Assembly (NCBI RefSeq): GCF_006345805.1
Contig: NC_043005.1
Span: 25,296,001 to 25,360,000 of the forward strand
DNA length: 64,000 nucleotides
Direction: 5' to 3'
From: Octopus sinensis
Taxonomy: Eukaryota
Shown here: piece after piece, positions 13,191 to 25,970 of the stretch
How positions within the stretch are numbered: position 1 is the stretch's first letter
Layout: each line of letters starts with the position of its first letter
Program-made: the position numbers and the translations under genes
The notes under the pieces: model-generated
Database searches by the model: none
What the model saw: the letters and a program-made list of their open reading frames with translations, nothing else
Told to the model about the DNA's origin: nothing

Positions 13191-14259
13191 ATATACACAC
13201 GCACACACATCCCCACAGAGAGAGAGACACACGCACACGCATACACACACCCTTACACGCGCGCACATCCCCACACGCACTCCCACCCCAGACAGATACA
13301 TGCACACACACACGCATACATACACGCACGCACACACACACACATATATATCTATACATATAATTAATCGAAAAACACAGAGGAAAAACCTACGTATACA
13401 TAAATTCATATAATAATGCCTGAACAGATAGCCGAAATCGGAAGCCTCACCTACTTGGGACGCCTTCACGAAGTAAGTCTATATACTCTGAGACGATTTA
13501 AGCCTCCACAATTTATATAAATCTCTTGGCTGATAATGCTACATGGAAGACTTTCTAGGTCGAGATAAAATCTACTGCCCCAGTGGTGTCGTTAGGAAAT
13601 ATTAAACAAAATACAGAGAGATCGACGAAACAGTTGACGAAACTTGTGGATTTATGTCGAGTAGCAATTGTCAGGTCCTGGATGGATCTCACTATAAGTC
13701 GAGTCCTTCCTAAGTATCAAACAGCGCCTTTCTTAGGTGAAAGATGTCTGTACCCTCCGCGAGGTTATCATCAGTTTCGTTAATACTTGAAGAAAATAAA
13801 CATAGAGGGTTAAGCGCTACCTTTCATTAAATTTTCTGAATGGTTTGCGACACTAACGAATATACCCTTGTCGAATGGACTTATTCTGAATATTCGGCTG
13901 TAGGCAGTAAAAACCACAGATGCAAGGAGATACTGTCCTCCAGAAGCCAAGCTAATTCGGGGTGTGATAACCCATAAGGAGCTGGGGCCTTATTGGCACT
14001 ATTATATATTATATCATAGCATCTATTTTCTGAATTCAATACAAAGTTCCTACTGTTTGCAATTTGTATTTTTAGCGCCCTCCCATGTACCACCCTTGTG
14101 CCAATAATAGAAATAATAATAATAATAATGTTATTATTATTGCCTCGTATTCAACACGCCTTTAGAATTTCTGTCATTAATTTTATTTTTACTTTCAATT
14201 ATATGAAATAAAAAAAATGTATTCATAATTTTATAAAGTTCTGCATTATGTAAAAACAA

Positions 14260-14359
14260 NNNNNNNNNNNNNNNNNNNNNNNNNNNNNNNNNNNNNNNNN
14301 NNNNNNNNNNNNNNNNNNNNNNNNNNNNNNNNNNNNNNNNNNNNNNNNNNNNNNNNNNN
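14260..14359. other. assembly gap (100 N)
   Basis: run of N. Confidence 1.
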
Positions 14360-14556
14360 AAAAAGCTCCACGAGGCACCGACAGGGGGTGGTTGCGACCC
14401 TGTTGTACTCTTTCGCCACAACTTTCTCTCACTCTCTCTTCCTATTTCTTGAGTAACGCTGCAATGGACTGGCGTCCCGTCCAGCTGGGGGAAACACATA
14501 CGACACAGAAACCGGGAAACCGGGCCCATGAGCCTGGCTAGGCTTGAAAGGGGTGA
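14360..14556 (+). mobile_element. SINE family 3, 3' part (head probably lost in the gap)
   Basis: AAAGCTCCACGAGGC...TGTACTCTTTC matches the reverse complement of 24190-24257; ends in (GAA)n. Confidence 0.75.
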
Positions 14557-14567
14557 AGAAGAAGAAG

Positions 14568-14635
<68 letters not shown>

Positions 14636-14636
14636 A

Positions 14637-14870
14637 GGTGGTGAGCTGGCAGAATCGTTAGCACGCCAGGCGAAAGGTTTAGCGGTATTTTGTCTGCCGC
14701 TATGTTCTGAGTTCAAATTCCGTCGAGGTCGACTTTGCCTTTCATCCTTTCAGGGTCGATTAAATAAGTACCAGTTACGCACTTGGGTCGATATAATCGA
14801 CTTAATCTGTTTTTCTGTCCTTGTTTGTTCCCTCTGCGTTTATCCCCTTGTGGGTAGTAAAGAAATAGGT
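14637..14870 (+). mobile_element. tRNA-derived SINE family 2
   Basis: GGTGAGCTGGCAGAATCGTTAGC head, B-box GTTCAAATTCC, GGTCGACTTTGCCTTTCATCC core; copies at 45697 and 60005-60671. Confidence 0.9.
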
Positions 14871-16164
14871 ATTTCGTCACAGGAAGAAAGGCAGTGCCGA
14901 TGAGTACTGTCGATTCTTCTGTGACAGATAAAAGAAAGGAAGGTAAATATGCTCGGTCAAGAAACTTGTTCTGAATGATTGCCTCATACAGAGTGGATTT
15001 TGTTTCTACTTTAGCTAATATTTATCAAAGCAAATTTTTATTCACAATTTTATAAATTTTTATATTTTGTGAAAACCATTTCCTTATTCGCTTTCCTTAT
15101 CTTTAAACTTCGTTCTTTAGAGATTACTTGCAAACTGTGATCTCTTCTGCTTGAGAAGATTGGCGCAGCAATTTGATAATTTGCTGCATTCCGTTAAATA
15201 AGGTATCACGTATCATGATAGCAATATTTCAAAATAACAGGCTCTGCTGTAGGCATCTAAAAGGCATGTGGTGCGTTAAGCAAAGTGTCATCTTAATTCT
15301 AATACACAGAGTATAGATAAAGCAAAACTGACGAGGTTGCGAATGTGATAATATGATTATTATGAATTCACTAGAAACAAATGAGTTTGAAGCTTATTAT
15401 TTAAATTTCATTACAGAGATTTAAGGGAAAGGAATTTTAGGACTTGACTTGATAAAAGTTTAATATAAAACCTTACCAAAGGCAATTTTAAATTATTGGT
15501 GAACATCCCGCTGACTGTATAGTTAAAGAAATGTAGATAGTTACTTTACTTGTTGTCGACAAAGGACAATGGCTATGCTGGGGAAACAGTGTTTATGTAC
15601 GTTTAAATATATAAATACTTGTTTCCTTTTTTTTTCTATAGCTCCTCACTTATTTTTTATAGAAAAGACGACCATGTCCATGCAAAAAATATGCGGTAGC
15701 AAGTTTGGTAGAAATTTCAGGGAGAAATATAACATCTAGCAATATCTAACTCAGTTACAGAAAATATCATTTACAGTTCAATGAAACACTAACATTTAAC
15801 CATCAGTTCAAATATTTCATGTTATGTTTTTTCTATTTTTTTTCATCGGTGCATTACAGAGCTTTCACATCTGAAATTCTCAATGTAGAATTCACCAAGG
15901 GAAGGTTTGTCAGAAGAAAGTGATTCAACCGCATGGGTTAAAAAGCCAGAAGACGTCTGTCCAGAACCTATTGTAAAGAAACCATAGCAAGAGTCATCCC
16001 AGGGTTGAATCGGAACAGCCAAGAAAAGAGATAGGCGTGAAGAAATCAAAGATTAAGTGGCCGAAGGCAAATGATGCAAACTAGCGATAAGAAATTCAAC
16101 GACGAAGTAGCAAGAAGGATAACCAAATTCAAAGGGGACAGCGAACAAAAGCTCAAGAATTTGG

Positions 16165-16478
16165 CTAATTGGAATGTTGCTAGAGCTGACAGTACCATGG
16201 GAAGAGAACATCGCTAATGCAGAGCAACGGAAAGAGAAGCGACATAAGAGACTAATGGAAGAGTGCGGAGAACAGGGATGGACGTCGAGTATTACCACCT
16301 GGTAGTGGGGTCTAGAGGCTTCATTGAAAGGAAAATGGCGACGTTATTTAAAAAATAAGGTTTGTATTTTCGAGCTCAAAGCAGAGAAACGTAATAAGGA
16401 GGATACAGGAGACAGACGACAAAGCCAGCTTCTGCATATGGCAGAAACGAGAAGAGACAAAATGGGTTGAAAGCCATA
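16165..16478 (+). pseudogene. Hero/R2-group non-LTR retrotransposon, RLE endonuclease C-terminus
   Basis: LELTVPWEENIANAEQRKEKRHKRLMEECGEQGW / HLVVGSRGFI / KASFCIWQKR, typical Hero-type RLE motifs; frameshifted. Confidence 0.8.
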
Positions 16479-17631
16479 ACATGCCGACTGGGAAATAGCA
16501 TCGCTAGGTGAGGCTGGCTGGCACTAAAGCAGCATTGATGATTGGCAGGTGGGCCAAGGTCTCGGTCTCGTCCATAGTGCGCCCTCCTCCTGGTTCGAAG
16601 GCTTATAGTACTAAACAGCTAGTCAGCTCTGGCTACGGGAACTGAAATTAACATGACACTATTATAAGGCAAGTTTAGAAAGGGCGCAGGCCGAAACTAC
16701 GCGTCCTTCTCCTTCATTGATCAGTTGAAGCTTAGATAGTGTCACGTGACAGTTAGCTGGCGCTGGCCGCTGGATCCAACCGGCGAGTATTTAAAGGGAA
16801 ATTTGGCAAGATGGTCAGTCACCCACTGACATTCGTTGATGCTGCATCGAAGAAACCAAAGAACAAAATAAAAAAGGAGGAAGAAGAAATGCACTCAACA
16901 CCGGAGATGAAAACACCACCGAAACGACGGAGTTAGGCGCTATGTTTAAAACAGTAAAGGAGTAGGAGCTGAAACCGGACGTGGTTCCACCTGATGGTGC
17001 CTTTATTCACTGGATCTTAAAAAGGAGATGTTGAGGTAGCAAACCACGAAACGTGGTTAGAATTCCTCAGATGATATTGAAAGGTCTACGGAACACTAAT
17101 ATTGTAAACCAATTGTGAATAAAAATCATTAAGAATTTCGAATATAAAATTGAGATATATTAGGTACTTCAGAAACACAAATCTAAATGAGAAAAAAACT
17201 GCACAGAATCACCCCAGGTTCTTTGCCAATTTAGGTTTATTAAGTACCTAATTAAACTCAATTCAAAGTTTATTATTGAAAGTCGCAACAGTTTTGCTTT
17301 ATCATAAGCTACCAGCTTAAACATTATTTAGACTATAACGAACTATAATAATACTTTGGCATTAATACAATATTTATTAATTAAATATATCAATATTTTG
17401 CCATTAGTAAGGGCTGTGCATAGGCGGACACGATAGCAAGGTAAATACTTTTAGGTATTTAGTTGCATATCGTTACGTGCTGTGTTCAAACGACGCCAAA
17501 ATCGACTTTGATTTTCATCCATTGGTCTGGTGTCTCTAAAATAACGAACAGTCAACGACCTGGTAAAATTAGAAAATTACAATTTTAAAATCTCACGACG
17601 AGAGATAGTCAGCAACAGTACTTTGGAATAC

Positions 17632-17863
17632 AGATTGCTTGCCAACATAACATGGCAGTCCTGGTTTTGGACGAATGTTGCTGCAATTTAGTCCCAGGAG
17701 ACATCGTCTCCAGCTGGCTATACGACATGATTTGTTCCCTTGTTCGAAAATATAAGGATACAAATCGTGTCGTATAGCCAGCTGGAGACGATGTCTCCTT
17801 GGGTTAAATTGCAGCAACATTCGTCCTAAACCAGGACTACCATGTTATGCTGGCAAACAGTCT
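17632..17863. mobile_element. palindromic MITE-like element
   Basis: ~105-bp near-perfect inverted arms, e.g. GGAGACATCGTCTCCAGCTGGCTATACGACA and its complement. Confidence 0.85.
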
Positions 17864-18529
17864 TTACAACTGGTAAGATTACTTGAACATGTATTTCCCT
17901 AACTTTGAAATAGTGCACATATACCACAAATCAATAATTATATATTAATTAACGGTATCAAAATTTAAACATTAGCATATCGAAGTAGGTAGTTAAAAAA
18001 TCAATTTCTATACACAAATTAGAATCCTTATCGATCGTCTTGTCAAACCAACAAAGAACACAACAAAGTAGGATGGTTATCAACACTTCGAAAAACAGAA
18101 TCCAATATTTCAGCCAATCAGATACTGTTAATTTGACAAGATTGTCAACTCTCGCACATACCGCAGTGATCCACTTAACTGAGTTTTGGTGTTTATAGAT
18201 GCTGACAGAAATTCCGAGATTTCTACGAACGGGTTCATCAGTTTCACGTTGAAATTTTTTATGTGCTGCTGATAAACATTTTAATAGAAAATGCATTTTA
18301 GCAGGTAAATTGTAGCCATAATTGCTCTTTCCTAGCGTGGGATCATAAATGATATTTGAGCCCTGAAAGCCGTTTGAAGAGCGTATCATATATATTGCAG
18401 AGATGTTGCATTTCAGAATTGACTCCATCTTCCGCTTGTTTATTATGAATGTTCAAGTGCCATTTCGATCCTCCACGCGGCTTGCAAGTTTTGATAAATA
18501 TGGTATTGAAACAGGTAATCCGGAATAAA

Positions 18530-20270
18530 ACTCCAATGGTACATGCGTGCCTTATCCGCATGGGCACGCTGGTGCGATCTCAAACCAGCATGAAGAATAC
18601 ATACTTTTGTACCTATGGAACATTTAAAGAAAGAATGAGTAACTATTGATAGTAATCTCATTTTTACGAATTGGTCTTTTCGTTTCAGCCTGCTTAACTC
18701 GGTCAAGAAGAAAACAATTACCGCCGCTCCAAACCGTACATCTCCATTCTTCTGTATCTGCGAAAGTGATTCAAAAATTTTAACATAATTTAAGACATTT
18801 CAAATTTGGTTTAAAAAAATCTTTGTATCTTTCCGTCAGTTTACGATTTTTCTTCTCTTTCCCGGCATAAGTTCACCAAAAAGCATTTTCTTGGAGATGC
18901 GATCATCATCTATTCTGCTGAGATGGCTTGTCCGTTCTAGCTGAATACTAATAAGCATGGCGTGGATTGGCATGATCCTAGCTTCAGCAAGGATCTCAGT
19001 AACAAGAATGAGTGAGAACCAGCTTATTCTGAATATGTGGCGGAGAGAATTCTCGTGAAATTGTTCCGAAACTTTTATATTACGTGTGTACATTGTCCAA
19101 CCTGATGTGGCGTGTGACTAAACTTAAGATTCAAAGCTGCCTTCGCTGCCTTTCTAAATAGGAGATGTGATTTCAGCATTTAGGTTTCCATCAACACATA
19201 CCATGCTTATGCTTCCCAGGTATTCAACAGAAGTCGTTACTTTAAGTACGGTGTCGTTAACCAGTTTCTGGGGTGCTTTGAAATGTTGTCCAGGAGCAAG
19301 GTGATGCACTACGACATTTTCGGCTTTCTGTTCAAATTGATTGCACATGAAGAATCAAAGGCACTAATGAAGTTCTGTAAGCCCTGCTCAGTGTGACATT
19401 AGTAGTTGAAATCCTATAAAAGATGACGAATCAGAGAGATAAAGATTATGGATTGAAAATCCATTCTTGACAGATTATAACTACAAAATATGTGGAGAAG
19501 CCGAGCCTTTACAACCTTAAAAAGAAGACTAGTAAAGATCGTGGATTTGACAGATTATAGCTACAAAATATGTGGATCTGAGCATCAATGTTTCGAGATC
19601 CCTTTGCTTAACTCCATAATCAACTGGGAATATTTCCAACAGAATTCCACCAAAGTCCACCCGGGCCTTCACAACCTTACGAAGAACCCAAGTTATGTTC
19701 ACAAAATTTACAGGACAGCAAAATCTCTTCAGTACAGCCATATTGCATTCCTATTAATTGCGTCAAAAGCTTTGCTAAGATCCGCAAAACAATGGAACAA
19801 GTCCATGTTGCAGTCCTCTTGTACCTGCTGAATGGTAAAAAACTGTATCAACTGTCCCTCCAGAAGCACGAGATCCATATTGTGGCTTCGAAACAACACC
19901 CAGGATAATAAATTTATGAAGGCACTCTAAGAGAACACGGGACAGCACATTTTCAACAATTGATATTCCACAGAAATTTCTACATAAGTCTTTGAGACCA
20001 GATTTACATAGGGAAATGAGAATAGCATCAACCTAATCTTGAGACATCTCTTCGTTCCACAAGCTGTATACAAATCAGTAATGAAGGATTTTGGTCATTC
20101 TTTCGTCACTAAACTCGAAAACCAGACTTGAAAATTCTTCTCTCCGCAGTAAACGACCCAATGTAAATATGAAAATAATTAAGGTAGACCTTTATTCTCT
20201 TAGAGAAGTGTCAGTTGAACCAATAAAAGATGAGATTGCAGAAGCTGTAAAAAAAGCTCAATAATAATAA
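18530..20270 (-). pseudogene. RTE (BovB-like) LINE remnant: RT plus C-terminal zinc finger
   Basis: FADLSKAFDAIN, GVKQ, EYLGS, LRHIFRISW, HLSRIDDDRISKKMLFGEL, GLRSHQRAH motifs with stops and frameshifts. Confidence 0.85.
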
Positions 20271-20375
20271 TGAAACCCACTTGTTTCAGTCATGGCATTC
20301 GGTCTGATATATTTATATGCATGTGTGTGCGGTGTCTATGCGCTCACAAGGGACATAACCGCCCCCAGAGCGAGC

Positions 20376-20473
20376 GAGATCCTCATTCTAGTCTCGTTTC
20401 AATTAGAATTAAAACTATTCAGTGGTGACTACTCCTTATGTCTAAGTGAAACTAGACTAATATGATGATCTCG
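20376..20473. repeat. imperfect inverted repeat (small MITE-like)
   Basis: CGAGATCCTCATTCTAGTCTCGTTTCA...TGAAACTAGACTAATATGATGATCTCG. Confidence 0.6.
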
Positions 20474-20601
20474 TGTCAGCGCACAGGCAAGTCCTTCCTG
20501 CGGCTATAAGGGCTTTTAGCTCTTATTTTTAGCAATCTAGGTGCTAGCCTGGACCATCAGTCACAAGGAGCGGCAATTATATATATATATATATATATAT
20601 A

Positions 20602-20783
20602 TAGGAAAAAAGCAACAAGAATGGATCAAGCGATATTGATCCATTCTTGTTGCTTTTTTCCTAGTTGTGATCACCCCACTTTGTCGTATGTCTAACACCA
20701 TATAGATTTCTGGTGCATCCAAATCAAGTACCATATTCATGTGAATTCAATAGAACTCACTTGAATCTTAATTGCTTAAACCG
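20602..20783 (+). mobile_element. family C element, 5'-truncated at the predicted HHR cleavage site, 28-bp fold-back, in (TA)n
   Basis: 20631-20783 aligns with 46901-47054; perfect inverted arms 20602-20629 / 20636-20663. Confidence 0.85.
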
Positions 20784-20821
20784 TATATATATATATACAT
20801 ATACATATATATATATATATA

Positions 20822-20876
<55 letters not shown>

Positions 20877-21071
20877 GTATATATACATATGACAAAATAG
20901 AGTGAAAAAACTACAGAAGACTTGTGTTATATGGTTAAAGAATATCTTTAAATCGTTAAGTTAGGAAAATGTTATAAAATTTGTATAAAGTAACATTGTT
21001 TTTGGAGAGAAAATCGGTTTCGTATTTTCTCTTCAAATTTCTCAAATATATATATATATATATATATATAC

Positions 21072-21116
<45 letters not shown>

Positions 21117-21179
21117 GAGAGGGAGAGAGAGAGAGAGAGAGAGAAACGCAGACAGAGAAAGATAGAAAAAGAGAGATCG

Positions 21180-21630
21180 ATTTCAGTTTCCGTGTATCAA
21201 ACCTACTTGCAGCACTTTAATCGACCAGGATGTATCAGAGGACACTTGCCTAAAGTGCTACGCAGTGAAACAGAGACAGAGATTACATGTTTGGGAAAAT
21301 ACTATTTTTGACCCTATATCTATGTATAGAATAAAAGGTGTAATAGTCTTGAGTGTAGCTGAATAGCTTTGAATTATTCGCGTCCCACAGACAAGGTTGG
21401 GAAAAACTATCGTACACACTGCTGCAGTTTTCTCTTTCACTTGTTTCAGTCATTTGACTGCGGCCATGCTGGAGTACGGCCTTTAGTCGAACAAATCCAC
21501 CCCAGGAATTATTCTTTGTAAGCTTAGGACTTATTATATTGGTCTGTTTTGCCGAACTGCCAGGTTACGGGGATGTAAACACTACATCATCGGTTGTCAA
21601 GCGATGGTGGCAGGAGGGGGCAAATACACA
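21180..21630 (-). mobile_element. SINE family 1 fragments (21180-21295 and 21433-21630)
   Basis: reverse-complement matches to the 9737 and 49091 copies. Confidence 0.75.
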
Positions 21631-21704
21631 CACACACAAATATATACATACATACATACATACATACATATTTTATATATAATATATATATATAGAGAGA
21701 GAGA

Positions 21705-21845
21705 CTTTACAAAAAAATAAAAGCCGGAGGCAGGTGGTGCTGACAACAAACAGATGCATTAGTTTAACGCTCAGGAAGTGAAAAAGTTTTTAACATTTCG
21801 AACCTACGCTCTTCCACAGAAAGGAGCAGAGAAAACAAAAAAATG
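21705..21845 (-). mobile_element. family D element with a degenerate variant HHR
   Basis: matches 29341-29480 and 53006-53290 (TTTCGAxCCTACGCTCTTCxACAGAA). Confidence 0.7.
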
Positions 21846-21987
21846 TTTAAAAAGTACAAAATAGTTAAGAGGTGTTTAAAAGGTTCAAATGCTTCGAACG
21901 TTGTGGTCTATTGGAGCGATTTATCATGAACAGAGGAGTCCAGTCTAATCCATGGTCAGGAGTGGCGCAGCTGAAGTGTACATACGG

Positions 21988-22110
21988 TGGCCTTCTTTCA
22001 GTTTCCCAAGGCTACTATAGAAGGCACTTGCCGAAGATGCCACGAAGTGAGACTGAACTCGGAACCATGTGGTTGGAAAACAAGCTTCTTACCAGACTGC
22101 CACTCCTGCA
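21988..22110 (-). mobile_element. SINE family 1, 5' half
   Basis: GCACTTGCCGAAGATGCCACG...GGAACCATGTGGTTGG...CCACTCCTGC. Confidence 0.75.
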
Positions 22111-22709
22111 GAAACAAGAAACAGCTTGGATGGAAAAGAGCATCTCAAAATCTAAGAGTGAGCAGAGGAAGAGGAAGAAAACGCAGGTAAAATTTAATGA
22201 AAACGGAATAAAATTGTCACCTGAGATAGTATCCTTAGGTTTCTATCTCGTTATGACCATCGACATATTACTTGTTTCTTAAACTTATCTAAGACTAGAG
22301 CGAACAAGTGAGAGATTGAGATCGAGAGAGAGAGGGGGAGAGGGAGAGAGAGAGAAAGAGAGAGAGAGATAGAGAGAAAGAGAGAGACAACCTTGAGCTA
22401 GCAGTTGGTAAATGGATGTCGGTTTTATCAAACAGATTCATAAGATTTGATACATTAACAACATTTGTAGTAAGATTTCGTGATCATCCTACATTTCTGT
22501 ATCATATGACAACATTCCTAGAACAATTTACAGCTATTTACGTAGCAATGTATCGTCTGAATGGAAGCATAAATTATACCATCGAATAAAAAGACGTACA
22601 AAATAGAGGTGACAATCAATACACAATGGAGTTATGAATGAATCAACGGCTAAATTTTCAACGTAGATCGATATAACACGTTATAAGAATAATTTCAAGC
22701 AGAAGAGAG

Positions 22710-22777
<68 letters not shown>

Positions 22778-23618
22778 TTTAACTGACGAAAGGTAGTAAC
22801 TCCCCTTTACAGTTAGTTGCTTTTCTTTTTGTCTCTCTATCTTTTTCGAATCTCACTAGTGTTCAAAATGTCTAGTATTAATATGAAACTCACCCTTTAA
22901 AACCATCCTTAAAATGAAGCGAGAAGAGAATAGATATTTTTCTCTGCTGTGGAAGTTTCACATATCCAATGCAGGAGAACAATTCTGATTTCTCAAGGGA
23001 ATGTTTGAGGAATTCAGCGTAAAAGAATATCTATGATGGATTGAGGTCAGTTATATAGCTATTTGAAACAGATTAATGTAACAGTATATAGATTTTAGCT
23101 ATAACATAGATCTGCAGTCACTTGACCAGCTAGAAATATCAGTCAAAATTCCTCAAATCGCACTCTCTAGTTTTAACAGAATGGTGTAGGTGATTAATTA
23201 TTTGGAACAGAGTGGATGCTAAATGCTGAAATATTCTTGTAGATAGGCCTATTAATTTACAGTTGACTTGTATTTCATCGTATCGCTGAGAGACAATGTT
23301 GATCACAGCAAGTCTACGACTAAAAAGTTCAATGGAAATTCTGTTTGACACTTTTCTGTCTGTGTCACACTAGGAAACTGAAAAATCGCCAGCATTTACG
23401 TAGGAATGTGTGGTGAAGGTTCAGAAATTGTAAAGAATCTGTGGAGAACGCCTCACTTTAGTTAATTACAGGTTCAAATTCTGTCATGGAAAATATAGGT
23501 TATGAGAAAATATAAGCCATGAGAGATAATGGTGCTATTGAGACCCAAAGGTGTCAGGTAATGCTGAATAAGTGCTATAGCTATATATAAAGCTGCGGTC
23601 CATCTATCTACCTATCTC

Positions 23619-23688
<70 letters not shown>

Positions 23689-23810
23689 AATCTATCTATC
23701 TATATATATATTATATATATATATATGTGTGTGTGTATGTGTGTTGTGTTATGTGTTGTGTGTGTGTGTATATATATGTATATAAACACACACACACATA
23801 TGTATACACA

Positions 23811-23935
23811 GTGGCACTCCGTCGGTACCGACGACGAGGGTTCCACTTGATACGATCAACGGAACAGCCTGCTCGTGAAATTAATGTGCAAGTGGGTGAG
23901 CACTCCACAGACAGGTGTATCGGTGACGTAGATTT
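23811..23935 (+). mobile_element. SINE internal fragment
   Basis: GATCAACGGAACAGCCTGCTCGTGAAATTAA...GAGCACTCCACAGAC, recognised as a common octopus SINE segment (recognition only). Confidence 0.55.
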
Positions 23936-24189
23936 TCTAGTAAATTGAAAATGCACGACTTATAAATTGGCTTCCTAGACCTTGAATGACTGATATATAC
24001 ATACACATACACATGCGAATACACAGACACAGTCACACACACATTCCATTTGTACATTACCTTGTACCTTCTCGCATTGTTCGGCTCTTACACAACAGCC
24101 TTATTTAAACTTATACCTGTGTGGGAAGTACCTCGCTTACCAACCACATGGCTCCGATATTCAGCTTGACACAGATTGACAAGGCTGTG

Positions 24190-24360
24190 GTGAAAGTTGT
24201 GGTGAAAGAGTACAGCAGGGTTACCCTCCCACCTGCAGGAGCCTCGTGGAGCTTTAGGGATTTTCGCTCAATAAACACTCACTACATTCGCTCTGGAAAG
24301 CGAAACCGCGATCCCACGACCGCGAATCTGCTACCCTAACCACTGGGCTAATGTGCCTCC
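24190..24360 (-). mobile_element. SINE family 3, tRNA-like head
   Basis: minus strand GGAGGCACATTAGCCCAGTGGTTAGGG (A box)...GGTTTCGCTTTCC; body matches 14360-14425. Confidence 0.75.
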
Positions 24361-24861
24361 ATATATATATATATATATTATATATATATATACATGCATA
24401 CACACACACACACATATATATATATATGTGTGTGTATGTGTATGTGCATATGTGTGTGTGTAACACAATCAAACACTCACACCTACCCCTGGTCTAAGCC
24501 ATTATAGTCCTACACCTGCAGAACTCTGCTCACATACGTATACCACAAAAAGCACTATCCGCTCCCTCATGTCGCTCACTCTTAACACCGATACACACGT
24601 CTATTTGCACGTATACACAATACCACTCACTTTTTAATTCTTCTCATAGAACGTAGTTCCATTATCGCTTTAAATCTTTCACCCGTTTTTTCACTCATAG
24701 ACCTTTTCTCTCCCTCACACTCTTTATCATTTCTCTTTGCTCTGATGAAGGGTGCGTCAAGACACCTTACCTTCTCATTGTTAAGTTAATACAGAGTGCG
24801 TTAAAGCGTGTCCTCCTCTATCGTTTTTTCCTTCATTTATTGTCCATTGCATTTACAATAC

Positions 24862-24908
<47 letters not shown>

Positions 24909-24919
24909 ATTTACAATGC

Positions 24920-24950
<31 letters not shown>

Positions 24951-24960
24951 TCTTTTTTAT

Positions 24961-25159
24961 TCTTTTATTTGTGTCAGTCATTTTTACTGCAGCTATGCTG
25001 GAGCACCGCCTTTAGTCGAACAAATCGACTCCAATACTTATTTTATCGGTCTCTTTTGCCGAGCCACTAAATGAAGGGGACGTAAGCACACCAGCATCGG
25101 TTGTCAATCGATAGTGGGGGGACAAACACAAGCACACACTCTCTTTCTCTCTCTCTCTC

Positions 25160-25218
<59 letters not shown>

Positions 25219-25377
25219 CGACGGGCTTCTTTCAGTTTCCGTGTACCAAATCCACTCACAAGGCTTTGGTCGGCCCGAGTCTATAGGGGAAGACACATGC
25301 CCAAGGTGCCACGCAGTGGGACAGAACCCGGAGTCATGTGGTTTGGAAGCCAGCTCCTTACCATACAGCCACTTCTG
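24961..25377 (-). mobile_element. SINE family 1, full length
   Basis: reverse complement of the 9737 and 49091 copies, internal microsatellite at the same position. Confidence 0.9.
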
Positions 25378-25667
25378 GTGAGGTATAATTTTAAAGAAGG
25401 CTGTTGTGAAAGGGCAGAACAATGCGTCAGTGTACGAGGTAAACTACAAAATGAATGTGTGCGTGTGTATGTGTGTGTGTGTGACTGTGTATGTGTATGT
25501 GTGTGTGTATGTGTATGTATATATCTGTCATTCAGGTCTAGGAAGCCAGTTTATAATTTACATATCTCGGTTAAAATACGTTTGGAGAATACCTTGTCAA
25601 ACATTAGATTGTAGAGAGCCTGTCTGTCGACCAAAGAAAAGGATGGCAGAAATTCAAATAAATATTG

Positions 25668-25970
25668 TTACGGACTGGGCCTAAAAATATTGGCTGCCAG
25701 GAGACTAAGGGGGCATACCCGCAACTAATAGGCGGGGGTCCACTCGTAACTACAATGCTGTCATTCAATTTTTTGTCCTTTTTTTTTTAATGTATTCTTT
25801 TTAACTTTCTACAAACACAGCCAAGCTGAAATAATTAATGCATTCTTCCAGAAGTGAAGAATTTTTTCTTAAACTTGAGGGGATGGGCCCCTTAGATATT
25901 AACATAGGACCCCAAATATGGATTCTAATGGCACAGGGGCCCACTTGCCATCATGGCCAGTCCGCCACTA
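25668..25970. mobile_element. degenerate hAT-like MITE
   Basis: terminal inverted CGGACTGGGCC / GGCCAGTCCG, internal GGGCCC motifs. Confidence 0.45.

Noticed and set aside
24735-24770. CTGATGAAGGGTG-CGTCAAG hammerhead-like start in a TA-terminated element
   Set aside because: GAAA and the 3' strand of stem II are missing; at most a deleted HHR
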